Origin: a virus | Taxonomy: Duplodnaviria; Caudoviricetes | Strand: one strand, 5' to 3' | Length of the DNA stretch: 54,966 bases | Virus record (IMG/VR): IMGVR_UViG_3300003873_000010 | Location: 1 to 54,966 of that record | Shown here: positions 38,201 through 46,060 of the stretch, in pieces | How the letters are laid out: each line of letters begins with the position of its first letter | How positions within the stretch are numbered: position 1 is the stretch's first letter | The notes under the pieces: model-generated | Told to the model about the DNA's origin: nothing | Database searches by the model: none | The model's input: only the letters and a program-made list of their open reading frames with translations | Translations under genes and position numbers: made by a program

Positions 38201-38641
38201 CGAGGGGTGCTTGACTTAGTTAGGTATCATGTAGAGGATGGACTGCGAACTGCGAGCGGTCGCGCTCTCATACAAAAAGATGGGTTAGACGCGTGGCAGC
38301 AGGCGCTGCTTGCTACAAACATGAACCCTATTACAAAGGCACGCAATACAGAAGTCTACTATGGGCTAAAAGCGGTCACGAAATCGCTCGACGGCAAGGA
38401 CGCTAACCTGCGTAGACTAATAGGCGACGGGGTGCGCAAGCATGAGAATGTCGACGGGTATATACATGAGTGGGCCAATGTCCAGCACGTTCGCCGTGCA
38501 TGGGGGCTTCGTTCCGCGAGCGCTTCATCTCTCATGCGCAGCATACACTCGCGCCTGCGTAGTGATGCTATGTTCCTCAACGATATACCGTACGACCAAC
38601 AGAGTGCGGGCGCACTTGCACGTCTTATGAGTATGAACTAG
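32207..38641 (+). CDS. Large polyvalent/ejection protein with zincin-like HExxH and PLxRFG-like region
   Basis: Gly/Ala-rich N-terminus, YHELMH..EEAVAY, YAPLSRDG; last gene of the virion operon. Confidence 0.8.
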   Translation: MPKQAIPQVDQNTSALGDLITSGQIGLESVPGALTGLLDTYAGLFGENHPYGRAADALGRATGFQPHEWIKQNQAEYTPEYQQVQQDFHNADGFLPSALTLLEHPTLALNTAVQSVPSMMAGGLAGRALRAVAPGMEATTAAGAGEGVVMAGSQMDSLQHTGLNPFTDALASVATGALGGLIGAKGAKTAEAHGARDINVMLSGGSGMKGASIRQGIAHEAAQEALQSTGETVLGNVAQGIDPFNQLAQNVVLGAAAGGMMGGGANAYAKLRNHQAAQANEPPMGVPILHPETGAITDSNTGAVLMPKEEVAQYVTPEDAALTTPEGIPATPEGIPATPDGIPATPDGIPATPDGIPATPATPDGIPATPAPQVEPTITVPADTKPPRTLIPNEAVHEKIAKALTRRNVVSVDAADVHHADLGSVHIIGDHFAKVTNVSDKGKVLLARTKPEDVINGIIKSLNTEGNASPFVPNPKDSHTPDTGAPHLAMSPAQFVQAVARTTSTRKVKNIIQPTVEAKTPEAAAIHQAVYVASNVSKHNLPSNVTDVAAKFADSAVTNKDPAASLALRAMTVGVEHVHRSAQSPVVRVKPTPEAYGKVVSAIGTELTSDLTPAIAGHSMASDFFGVGTHNASVPDPILPSAVPVAVDNLHAQGHSNAAKVVSDAYLSTDTPIVTQSDLTAAVVANDSLSTDEKSAAVYALMDATLSGSVDTTSSAERLQEKSSVPPPEYVPYAPSVKQPKGKSKPVSTLEAHLPPEALDSLSKLGSHVVNTADSLLRRTQPQTEKPAGQTATRDLVRDVKGDPLLKNTIDYISKRQGSGDHTLPTALIDARTPATKDAGIASVHGLVTSALTKAGVNPVITSQIADRLVHGKLAGYLKSGDGAQGFTAPLKHMMANIATDAATTVGEQDSSVDVASELNKIKDVHLPNVVSVLNPDDPTLKSTVYHELMHSGMSPAGRKAALQYMHRAAKSTNPEIRKLFANAVTRASMSGTGAPVSNGKVEEAVAYMLSSAADKATSQGVTLDHYLNKGAGKSIKHFISHIILPKVRAYGLRKNMKLKTSAGLNLQTFAELARYAGVDGAKNTTTQEATPPEQAPPEQMSNASDGIMPSMPTPTDAGSGGVNEPPVNDAGAAPDGGFRSPEAESRQQVVGAAYKIYWGLKALGSKLNQLFNFRHRLVQQADKYLRGLPSKYFDFMKRVTADARSANATLHDMLQQTGAMSDEDINGTNELLVRMQELIQVAESEKDAPYLWPFHPDWLAGENKGRPVEVDYELAQMFDALSPQAQELLKGMMHESYLSTKRHMDALHVFQNETIAELLSEGVITAAEVADLDADFTAQMEQLQKRAAAPYAPLSRDGAYVVVGQSDEYAELDAEISKRRVLINETRSKRRNALKNGDVGIVEALTEVLQMQLDELKPLTKDAEDMRGDPEHYFFSMADTLAEAKGLEQTLTEFPSTRVAERSAAEDITGGSKAVELARLHAESALGTADAGGVDAVLSLYLIQLQHNSLASHLKHRRLVQGFDENLLASMAHSITARNNAAVSAKNSGTAVDLLHQMRNVARAATDEDALDASKYANEMIRGHRALTRPINGSEHSIRKASAAVMAGNAFFNLLTSPMFYAQTWLQNLQMVFPLLSGFGVANAANALIQAHKDMFAARERTKKRYGLGWAKGIFSGELLLDDAIEDPAEQKVLQVLWDAELLDLGLSSDFGDLSAMGDSNPIMRKAKQLHLALSHASRVAEVHARGAAALAAYRMKLANVTKLEMATVGPPRYKGEEGLTQKELVALRYARETLVKGHGDYSHTDAPRIISSIPGGIGNALFQYKKFMIIQLLYTKDLFVDAIKSARTPDEKAAAVVAKKQLAVTFATALATTGLLGLPGATILLHLMAFGGGDDTPDDDAVKLKLREMFGSNADLALHGLPTLLGLSLTESIGFGNVGVPVPYAQMDMSKNGFNGLLVSLLGPTPGNASKIWTGAGRVAQGDLLGGMRDMAPTGLRGVLDLVRYHVEDGLRTASGRALIQKDGLDAWQQALLATNMNPITKARNTEVYYGLKAVTKSLDGKDANLRRLIGDGVRKHENVDGYIHEWANVQHVRRAWGLRSASASSLMRSIHSRLRSDAMFLNDIPYDQQSAGALARLMSMN

Positions 38642-38645
38642 GGAC

Positions 38646-38679
38646 AAAAAACCCCCTTTACCTAGAAGACAAAGGGGGT
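38646..38679 (-). terminator. Terminator between the convergent operons
   Basis: ACCCCCTTT/AAAGGGGGT stem with T-run on the - strand. Confidence 0.75.
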
Positions 38680-38709
38680 CAATCGCTCGGCAGGAACGAC
38701 TTGTATATT

Positions 38710-41691
38710 CTACATAGATGCGGAGGCCGTGTCAAACTCCTCAAGCTCTAATCCCTGCTCAATCAACACTGTAGCGTCGATACCAACACATCGCGCCCTG
38801 CCTCCTTGCAGGTGTGTGTGTGCCGATAGGGTTACTTGCTCAGACCTGTGCACCGTAGTAACCTCTGCTATGGTATCGAACAGGTCCTCTACGCCAAGTC
38901 TTCGCTGTGCGCACCAGTGTTTTATATACTTGTTAGATATGTATATCCACCCATCGCGCGCGCTCTTCTGGTCTGAGGCCGTCGTGGGTAACGACATGCG
39001 GGCCTCCAAGATATTAACAGGTTCCGTAATGACGGGGACTCGACTGCGCCCTGTTCCGTATCCATTAGTTACCAGCAGTCTGCGTTCCCCTTGTAAGTCA
39101 CGCACCAACTCATCTAGTAATCCGTGCCCGCTTCGAGCGTCGACGGAGTTATCGCGCACCACGGCAACAAGCGTCTCAATATGCGCCGCTGCCCACGCGG
39201 TTACAGCTTTCATGTCAAAAGCTATGAACCCTAGTGAGTGCAGGAACAACCCTGCGGCGATGGTGCACACTGCGTGATATCTGTAGAAGCGGTACTTAGG
39301 TTGGTTGAGAGAGGGGGCACGGCGCACTAGTGCCTTCTCTACCTGCGAGAGGGTCTCATATACCCGCTTCGTGTCCTTTAAGAGTTCTCTGCCAAACGCA
39401 AGGCCTACAACCCCACGAGACTTCAGGGCTTTATCCATGTGCATATCCACCTGAACAGGGTCTAGTTTTGGCACGCCGTATTTCGAGGGGTCTATCTCAA
39501 ACACGCGCACTTGGTTTGCTTCTGTGTCAACCCTCATCGCGGCTAATTTTGTAATTAGGTGCTCGTTCGCTGTGATGTACACACTGCTGTTCCAGCTCTC
39601 TACAGGACGTAACGTCCCATCGGAGGCCAAACGCTGTCTGTCGCGCCCATTAGATACGTTATACAGCAAGTCTGACAACTCGTTGGGGTCGATGTCTGTA
39701 AGCTCGTCGAGCAGTACGGGGAAGTTACCCATAGCAGAAATGGTACTCACTCTGGCCATGCGTGTCGCACCTGCGCTACTAGACAAGAACATCTCACGCC
39801 AGTCCCCGAACGCCGTTAGTGCTAGCTTGGCCACTGTAGTTTTACCAATCCCTGACTCTTGCGAAGTGATGGCACAGGGGACCCCTGCGTAGGCATCTCC
39901 ACTGATGAATGGACCGAGCAAAGACCCGAACCCACTTAGGAGGGCATACTGCATACTTGCGGAGTTAGGCCGGTTATATAAGTACTCAACCGCATCAACC
40001 CATCCGTCACCCCTACCGTCGCCTATCACAAATGCCGGAGCTTTTGAGACTGCGTTCCCCGCTAATGATGCGTGGTGCATTCCGCTAGTATCTACGAGGG
40101 TGTTTCCAAAAACAATCCCGTCTTTAGCAGGTGTCCAACCGAACTGTCGGTATGTTCTGGTGACCTGCACATCTTTGACCAACCCTGTGCAGTAGTCGAT
40201 GGCGTACTGCGTAATGGCCGTACGTATTTTAGCTGTTGCTTTCATATTATAAATCTCCACTTTAGCGAGGCACTCTATCAAAGAGTTCGTCGTCGCGATT
40301 GACTTTGCAGGTATTTCAAACTCTTCAACCGTAGTGCCTTTTATAGCGCGGCACCGATATGAGAATTCACCGGCTTCGTCGCGAACACGTGCGTAAGGGT
40401 ACCACGCGAATGTACTTATCTGCACTACCTCTGTCCCGGTGTCCGTAGCGACTATCCTACCAATCCCCCCATTCTCATATACGTACCCGGGAGGCAGTGA
40501 GAATGTCTCTGTATGCGCGTCCGCTATTGTAGCATCTGCGATTAGGAACCTGTCTACTCCAACCGATACCTCAGTTATAGCAGGACTTTCCTCGGGTGCA
40601 GTCTGCGGCTCGCTTGGGACCACAACATCTCGCACGTTTCCCAGATGTAGGGGCGTAGCGCAGGTGCCTCGATGCTTGCACGCGGCGCACTTATCAGGCT
40701 CATAGTCTGATAGATACGAGCAGGTCGTAGGCCCTGCGCTGTATGTATCGTACTTCTCTTGCGTCTCTGCGTAGGAGTACCCTGCGTGTCCGTTACTCCA
40801 GTCATGTAGGACCGATGCGCCATCAACGCAGTGCTTCAAGATGCCTATACACCCGCGCCATACAGGCTCTAACACGTTACCTCGTGTGTCTCGAACCTCT
40901 CCTATAATCGCGCATTCATTTGCAACGATGGATGCGTAGGTCGGAGGCTGAGTACCCAGCTTGTCAAGCCCTGTTGGAAAGTCAGTAGGCGTCACGCAGG
41001 ATGTTGGGGCGGACGGACTATATTCCACTCCCGGTACTGCATCTAGTAGGCGCTCTAAATCCGCAGGGTTATATTCCCCCGCGTCAATCAGAACCCGTAC
41101 GGGTTGCGCGGGGGTGTACTTATGGTTCAGCCCCCCTACGGGGCGAAGCACCGAGGCCTCATCAAGTGTGCGTGTGGGGTCTGCTCTGAGCCCGCACACT
41201 TGGGTGGCCGCTTTCAAACGACCTGCGATAGGTCTCCAGTCTTGCACGTCAATGGGCGCTACGAACGGCCAGTAGACATGCAGGCCCCCGCCTGAAGATG
41301 TAACTAGAGGGGTAGGCAGCTTAGTAACTTTGAGAAACTCTGCGAGGGCGACCAGCGCCTCACGCTGTGTACCATACCCCTTGGTATCGCCCACATCTAA
41401 GTCGAGCCACAAGGCTTTTAATTGCTTGACTTGTTTCTTGGTGCGTCTGCTATATTTAGGGCGACCTGCGGTATCTAATATGGGGGCGCCTGATGCGTCC
41501 ACCTTTGGTATGGGGTCGCTATATGATGCTAACGCCATAAAGGCGTTCGAGGTCGTCGTATATCTCCGCAGTATCGCTGCCAATGCGGCGATACTCTCTG
41601 CTTTGTAATGTAACATGGACCCGTTTTGTTTCTGTATGACTGCGTACAGATTGGGGGTGTCGGGTATCACCAACTTCAAAAAATTTATCAT
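38710..41691 (-). CDS. Primase (AEP/RepB-like) fused to DUF927 helicase
   Basis: LWLDLD, SSGGGLHVYW, LRPVG; Cys cluster TTC..CAAC..C; Walker A ESGIGKTT and LDELT. Confidence 0.88.
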   Translation of the reverse strand: MINFLKLVIPDTPNLYAVIQKQNGSMLHYKAESIAALAAILRRYTTTSNAFMALASYSDPIPKVDASGAPILDTAGRPKYSRRTKKQVKQLKALWLDLDVGDTKGYGTQREALVALAEFLKVTKLPTPLVTSSGGGLHVYWPFVAPIDVQDWRPIAGRLKAATQVCGLRADPTRTLDEASVLRPVGGLNHKYTPAQPVRVLIDAGEYNPADLERLLDAVPGVEYSPSAPTSCVTPTDFPTGLDKLGTQPPTYASIVANECAIIGEVRDTRGNVLEPVWRGCIGILKHCVDGASVLHDWSNGHAGYSYAETQEKYDTYSAGPTTCSYLSDYEPDKCAACKHRGTCATPLHLGNVRDVVVPSEPQTAPEESPAITEVSVGVDRFLIADATIADAHTETFSLPPGYVYENGGIGRIVATDTGTEVVQISTFAWYPYARVRDEAGEFSYRCRAIKGTTVEEFEIPAKSIATTNSLIECLAKVEIYNMKATAKIRTAITQYAIDYCTGLVKDVQVTRTYRQFGWTPAKDGIVFGNTLVDTSGMHHASLAGNAVSKAPAFVIGDGRGDGWVDAVEYLYNRPNSASMQYALLSGFGSLLGPFISGDAYAGVPCAITSQESGIGKTTVAKLALTAFGDWREMFLSSSAGATRMARVSTISAMGNFPVLLDELTDIDPNELSDLLYNVSNGRDRQRLASDGTLRPVESWNSSVYITANEHLITKLAAMRVDTEANQVRVFEIDPSKYGVPKLDPVQVDMHMDKALKSRGVVGLAFGRELLKDTKRVYETLSQVEKALVRRAPSLNQPKYRFYRYHAVCTIAAGLFLHSLGFIAFDMKAVTAWAAAHIETLVAVVRDNSVDARSGHGLLDELVRDLQGERRLLVTNGYGTGRSRVPVITEPVNILEARMSLPTTASDQKSARDGWIYISNKYIKHWCAQRRLGVEDLFDTIAEVTTVHRSEQVTLSAHTHLQGGRARCVGIDATVLIEQGLELEEFDTASASM

Positions 41692-41709
41692 CCTGCCGAG
41701 CCTCGATTG

Positions 41710-42027
41710 TTATGTACTTTCTGCTAGTGCCGCCTCGATTAAACAGGCCGACCGTAATTCATCGACCGTATTATATACATGCGCTCGCATTCGCGTCAAT
41801 CGTATCATCCCGTCGTGGAACGAGCGGATGGTACGAATATCCTTGTCAGAGAGCGGAACATGCTCGTGTAATTTACGCGACGCATACGCATGCGACACCC
41901 TCAATAAGACCGCTAAGTCTTTTACAGATACCCCCGACTCACGCAGCTCTAGTAAGAGCTGGTGAGCCGAACGCGGCCGGACGGATGCAGTAAGTGCACC
42001 CCCCAATGTTGGTTTGTTCGACTCCAT
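41710..42027 (-). CDS. Small HTH protein
   Basis: SVKDLAVLLRVSHAYASR; AGGAGG RBS. Confidence 0.65.
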   Translation of the reverse strand: MESNKPTLGGALTASVRPRSAHQLLLELRESGVSVKDLAVLLRVSHAYASRKLHEHVPLSDKDIRTIRSFHDGMIRLTRMRAHVYNTVDELRSACLIEAALAEST

Positions 42028-42035
42028 AATACCTC

Positions 42036-43064
42036 CTATAAGTCTGCTGCTGCTTGCATCACAGCGTCAATAGCTGCGGCCATGTCGTCTGCCACTTCGA
42101 CTGCGGCTGCTACAGCTTGTACGTTATCATCAGGCGCGCTAGCTGCGACGGGCGCAGGTTGTTGTACCGGTTGGGCCACTGGCTGTTGTACCGGTTGGGC
42201 CATTGGCTGTTGTACCGGTTGGGCTACTGGCTGTTGTACCGGTTGGGCCATTGGCTGTTGTACCGGTTGGGCTACTGGCTGTTGTACCGGTTGGGCCACT
42301 GGCTGTTGTACCGGTTGGGCCATTGGGTCCGCCGCCATATCTACCCCCGCAGACGGTGAGAGGTGCAGTAAATCTTTAACCCCTGCCGACGCACCTACCT
42401 CGTGCGCACGGGCCGACGCGTCTTCGGGTAGCCCGCCCGCAGCTGTGAAGATTAACTTAGGAGCCGACGCCTCGTAGTCAAACGTGATGGCAGTGACTAC
42501 GGATGCGAAATCCGTGATGCCGTATGTACTTAACGTAGTAACGAACTGGCGTAGGTTCTTGAACGACCCCGGAGGCACGTCCAAAATGTACGTGTTCTCG
42601 TCTGTAATATCCTTGTTTAGCAGTGATACTATGAGGCGCTTACGGTCTCCACAGCGTTTGCCCACGCCGTTTGTGCCTGAACCGAATACGTTATGAGGGC
42701 ATGACGCGCAGTTGGCCGCTTGTGGTTGCGCTGCATCTGTAGCGGGAGTAACTGCATCCATAGACCAGCAGGTCGGGGTGTTATCAGTACTGTTAGGGTC
42801 GTAAGCCATAGGGAAATATGTTTTATGCAATGTGTCTGATGCGCGAACAATCACCACGTTTATCTGTGGGTACGGCATACCACGCTCGTCCACAAGTAGC
42901 GTACTCTCGCCACCCTCGGCCACTGCGAACTTACTGTTTTTGATAGAAATACGTCTGATGTCGACGCCCCCGATGCCTGCGGATAACGCTTCAAGTGCGT
43001 TGCCTGCAGTGGGTAGGCCTACTTGCTGTTGTAGTTGTGACAGTGGGATTATTTGTGTACTCAT
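42036..43064 (-). CDS. Putative ssDNA-binding/annealing protein with 4-Cys motif
   Basis: RISIK, PTCWS, CASCP, GKRC; AQPVQQP(V/M) repeats; replication-module position. Confidence 0.6.
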   Translation of the reverse strand: MSTQIIPLSQLQQQVGLPTAGNALEALSAGIGGVDIRRISIKNSKFAVAEGGESTLLVDERGMPYPQINVVIVRASDTLHKTYFPMAYDPNSTDNTPTCWSMDAVTPATDAAQPQAANCASCPHNVFGSGTNGVGKRCGDRKRLIVSLLNKDITDENTYILDVPPGSFKNLRQFVTTLSTYGITDFASVVTAITFDYEASAPKLIFTAAGGLPEDASARAHEVGASAGVKDLLHLSPSAGVDMAADPMAQPVQQPVAQPVQQPVAQPVQQPMAQPVQQPVAQPVQQPMAQPVQQPVAQPVQQPAPVAASAPDDNVQAVAAAVEVADDMAAAIDAVMQAAADL

Positions 43065-43074
43065 GGTGTTCTCC

Positions 43075-43476
43075 TTAGTTTGAACGGATGTTTGTTTTTC
43101 TAATTTGGACTTTGTTAAGCCCTGCGGGTACGGCGCCTAGCTCATCTTCGAGCTCTGCGACCGCGGTTTTAGCAACTCTTCTCTGGACCAGGTCCAAGCG
43201 CCCTTGCGTCATTACAAGGTCTGAGAACGCATCCCAGTCTGCGACAGAATACTGTGTGACGGTCGAGGTGTATGCTGTTCCAGCATCTGTCTTGACTGAC
43301 TCCACACCTTGCTCTCGCATGATGGCCGAGATTGAGTCCTCAATCTCTTTTAACTTCACGTCAAAACCCTTAGCCGCAGTCTTATATGCAGTATCAAGGG
43401 CTTTCTTTTTGCCCCTCAATGCCATATAATCTGCCACAAGGCTTTGAACAGTAGTTGTTAGTTTCTCGTCTTTCAT
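43075..43476 (-). CDS. Conserved phage replication-module protein
   Basis: Coiled coil, SVKTDAGTAY, VADWDAF; AGGAGG RBS. Confidence 0.7.
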   Translation of the reverse strand: MKDEKLTTTVQSLVADYMALRGKKKALDTAYKTAAKGFDVKLKEIEDSISAIMREQGVESVKTDAGTAYTSTVTQYSVADWDAFSDLVMTQGRLDLVQRRVAKTAVAELEDELGAVPAGLNKVQIRKTNIRSN

Positions 43477-43491
43477 TTCGTTTCCTCCTTA

Positions 43492-45072
43492 CTATAAATA
43501 CCTTAACAGGTCGAGTAGTTTGTCTTGCGATTGCCCTTTGTTTCTGAGTAATCGTAAGACTTTTTTCTCTGCAGCTGTCGTTGCAAATATAACAACCGCA
43601 GTCTTCTTCTTTTGTCCCGGTCTTCTAACCCTTGCGTTTGCCTGCTCGAATGTTTCGTAGCTTGTTATAAGTCCGTACCATATAATGGTGGTCGCTTCTG
43701 TCAGTGTCAACCCATGACTCATCGTCGCAGGTTGGGCTAATAGGACTTTAACATCAGGGTCGGTCTTGAACGCATCGAAGCGTTCTCTGCGTTTCCCTCC
43801 ACTTATGCTACCGGTTATAATAACATACCCTATATGTTCCTTGTCAAGCTTTTCTTTCACTTTTTCTATTGCGTTACTAAACGGAACGAACACAAGGACC
43901 TTGCCCTCACTTTCGTTGATAGCTTCTACCGTAGCATCCAAGCGGGCTGTGGGAGATAGGTCCACCACATTGCGGGTCTTGCCCCCGTCGTCGTTCGCGT
44001 ACACTGCGCCGCAGGAAACCTGCAGTAGTTTATTCACAAGCACGGCAGCGTTGACTGCTGTAACTTCTCCGTCCTCCATCTGCACATGCATATCATTGCG
44101 CATCTTGTCGTAGGCTTTTTGTTGCTTCTTAGACAGCTCGGGCTCTTGCTCAAGCACCACCTGCTCTGGCAGTTCAACGACGTCATCGAGTGCGTATCGG
44201 ACTGAGGGGCGCATGACTCGCTTTAAGAACTCCTCTGCATCGGGGCGCGCTAGCCACTTGAATGCGTTTATCTGCGTCATAGTGCGGCTTTTGAACGCTG
44301 TTAGAGAACGAACCCGCTCTCTGTCTAGCATCCCCGGGTTGACTAACTTAACCTGTGCATACGCGTCTGTTGGTGCGTTAGGAGTAGGCGTTCCAGTCAA
44401 ACCCCACACCCGACGCGCCCCGTTAAGTTGCTTGTTGACGATGTAGTTCATGAATTTCCAACGCAACGAGCTTGCGTTCTTGTACACTGAGAGTTCGTCC
44501 AACACTATAAGGTCGATGTCGTCCCGGTCTGCGAGCTCGTCCGCGATTATTTTTGCGCCGTCATGATTGACTATGTATACATCCGCGTCGGATGCGAGTA
44601 GCTCCTTTCTTTTGTCCCTGCTACCGTACACTGTAACGGCTTTGAGGTGCGGGAAATGGTGGAACACTTCCCTTGCCCATGTCATGTTCATCGTCGATAG
44701 TGGGCAGGTGATAAGTACTTTGTGCACCACACCCATACTGCGGAGATAGTCGTAGGCCCACAAGGCTGAGATTGTTTTCCCCGTTCCCATGTCATTCAAA
44801 CAGAACATCCTATCGTGCAGGGTAAAGTACTCCGCGGTAACGCGTTGGGCGTCCCGCGGAGTAAACAGCCCCGACCACTCATAGTCCGTCGAGATGCACG
44901 CAGGTGCAGGTATGTTTGTGTTTCGCAACAACCTTACAACATCGTCGGTGTGCGGGACGGATACGATGCCCGCAGCCTCCCGTACAATCTGCGCTGTGGG
45001 TATTGTCTCGCACAGAAACGTAGGGTCTACCGCTTTGAAAACTAAGCGGTCCTGCACTTTGACAAATTTCAT
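43492..45072 (-). CDS. SNF2-family helicase
   Basis: DMGTGKT, LDELS, LTGTP, HGLTLT and QANARVRRPGQ. Confidence 0.92.
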   Translation of the reverse strand: MKFVKVQDRLVFKAVDPTFLCETIPTAQIVREAAGIVSVPHTDDVVRLLRNTNIPAPACISTDYEWSGLFTPRDAQRVTAEYFTLHDRMFCLNDMGTGKTISALWAYDYLRSMGVVHKVLITCPLSTMNMTWAREVFHHFPHLKAVTVYGSRDKRKELLASDADVYIVNHDGAKIIADELADRDDIDLIVLDELSVYKNASSLRWKFMNYIVNKQLNGARRVWGLTGTPTPNAPTDAYAQVKLVNPGMLDRERVRSLTAFKSRTMTQINAFKWLARPDAEEFLKRVMRPSVRYALDDVVELPEQVVLEQEPELSKKQQKAYDKMRNDMHVQMEDGEVTAVNAAVLVNKLLQVSCGAVYANDDGGKTRNVVDLSPTARLDATVEAINESEGKVLVFVPFSNAIEKVKEKLDKEHIGYVIITGSISGGKRRERFDAFKTDPDVKVLLAQPATMSHGLTLTEATTIIWYGLITSYETFEQANARVRRPGQKKKTAVVIFATTAAEKKVLRLLRNKGQSQDKLLDLLRYL

Positions 45073-45365
45073 AGCCCTGCCTCCTGCATAAGGGTCTCAA
45101 GCATTTTTTCTGAGTCGACCACGAATACATGGCCACCTGCACTTTCTATCTCACGCTTGCGTGCTTTTTGATTGGCAGTGAGGTTCTTGAGTTTGCCCGG
45201 GGCTTTTGTTTCCACCCCGACGAACCTCCCGTCTTTACACCCAACGAAGTCTGGTATACCAACCACACCCATCCCATTCTGCACGGGCATGTAGTACCAC
45301 ACACCCCTCGCTTTTAAAAACTTCTTGACTGCGTCTTTGACGCGCCCCTCTGGTGTCTGTGCCAT
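45069..45365 (-). CDS. VRR-NUC domain nuclease
   Basis: PEGRVK, GIPD, VETKAP and LTANQ. Confidence 0.9.
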   Translation of the reverse strand: MAQTPEGRVKDAVKKFLKARGVWYYMPVQNGMGVVGIPDFVGCKDGRFVGVETKAPGKLKNLTANQKARKREIESAGGHVFVVDSEKMLETLMQEAGL

Positions 45366-45367
45366 TA

Positions 45368-46060
45368 TCATTCCCTCCCAGAATATTCACACTTCGATTT
45401 CGGTACTGGACACCAGCGCTTGCAAAGGCCCGAGGGCTTCGGCGGCCAGTGGTCGACCTTAAACGCGGTATCAAACTGTTCCAGTCGCTTCTGAAAACCC
45501 GCCCAGATTTCTGGGACTTGCGAGCGGGTGTACCCGATAGGGTCTATCTTCCCGTCTTTGAGCCACACGTATGTGGCCACTACGTCCTCGACTTCAGGAA
45601 AGACCGTGAACACTGCGAACGCAAACAAATCCATCTGGTCGACGCTTACTCGTCGCTTGCCTGTCTTCCAATCAAAGACTAAGGCCGTGCTGCCACGAAC
45701 AGAAAGCACGTCCAACTTCGAGCGCAACCAAGCGTCATCATCCCACCAACCCACACGTTCTAGGTCTTTGTTAAGTACTATCTCTACCTCAGCCCTTGTG
45801 TCCCATCCGACCGAAGCAGAGCGGCCTTTTATCCGTTGCACCACTGGCAACCACTGCTCGAACCACGATGGGACTTGAGAGAGGTCCCCGTTTATGTAGT
45901 CCTCAAAGGTTTTGTGTACTGTGTTCCCCCACGTAAGATGTTCGCTTATGGGTTCCACCACGTCTTTTGCGACTGCCTTGTGATAGAACTGTTTAGGGCA
46001 GGTCTCAAAGGCTGTGAGCCTAGAGTATGACCATGATACTGGTTTGTTTTCATGTCTCAT
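45368..46060 (-). CDS. PD-(D/E)XK exonuclease (Cas4/RecB-like)
   Basis: WSYSRL..CP, GNTVH, KLD, DWKTG and terminal C..C....C. Confidence 0.88.
   Translation of the reverse strand: MRHENKPVSWSYSRLTAFETCPKQFYHKAVAKDVVEPISEHLTWGNTVHKTFEDYINGDLSQVPSWFEQWLPVVQRIKGRSASVGWDTRAEVEIVLNKDLERVGWWDDDAWLRSKLDVLSVRGSTALVFDWKTGKRRVSVDQMDLFAFAVFTVFPEVEDVVATYVWLKDGKIDPIGYTRSQVPEIWAGFQKRLEQFDTAFKVDHWPPKPSGLCKRWCPVPKSKCEYSGRE

Noticed and set aside
45368-46060. Cas4-like nuclease as evidence of a CRISPR system
   Set aside because: Stand-alone PD-(D/E)XK nucleases are routine in PolA/SNF2/VRR-NUC phage replication modules.
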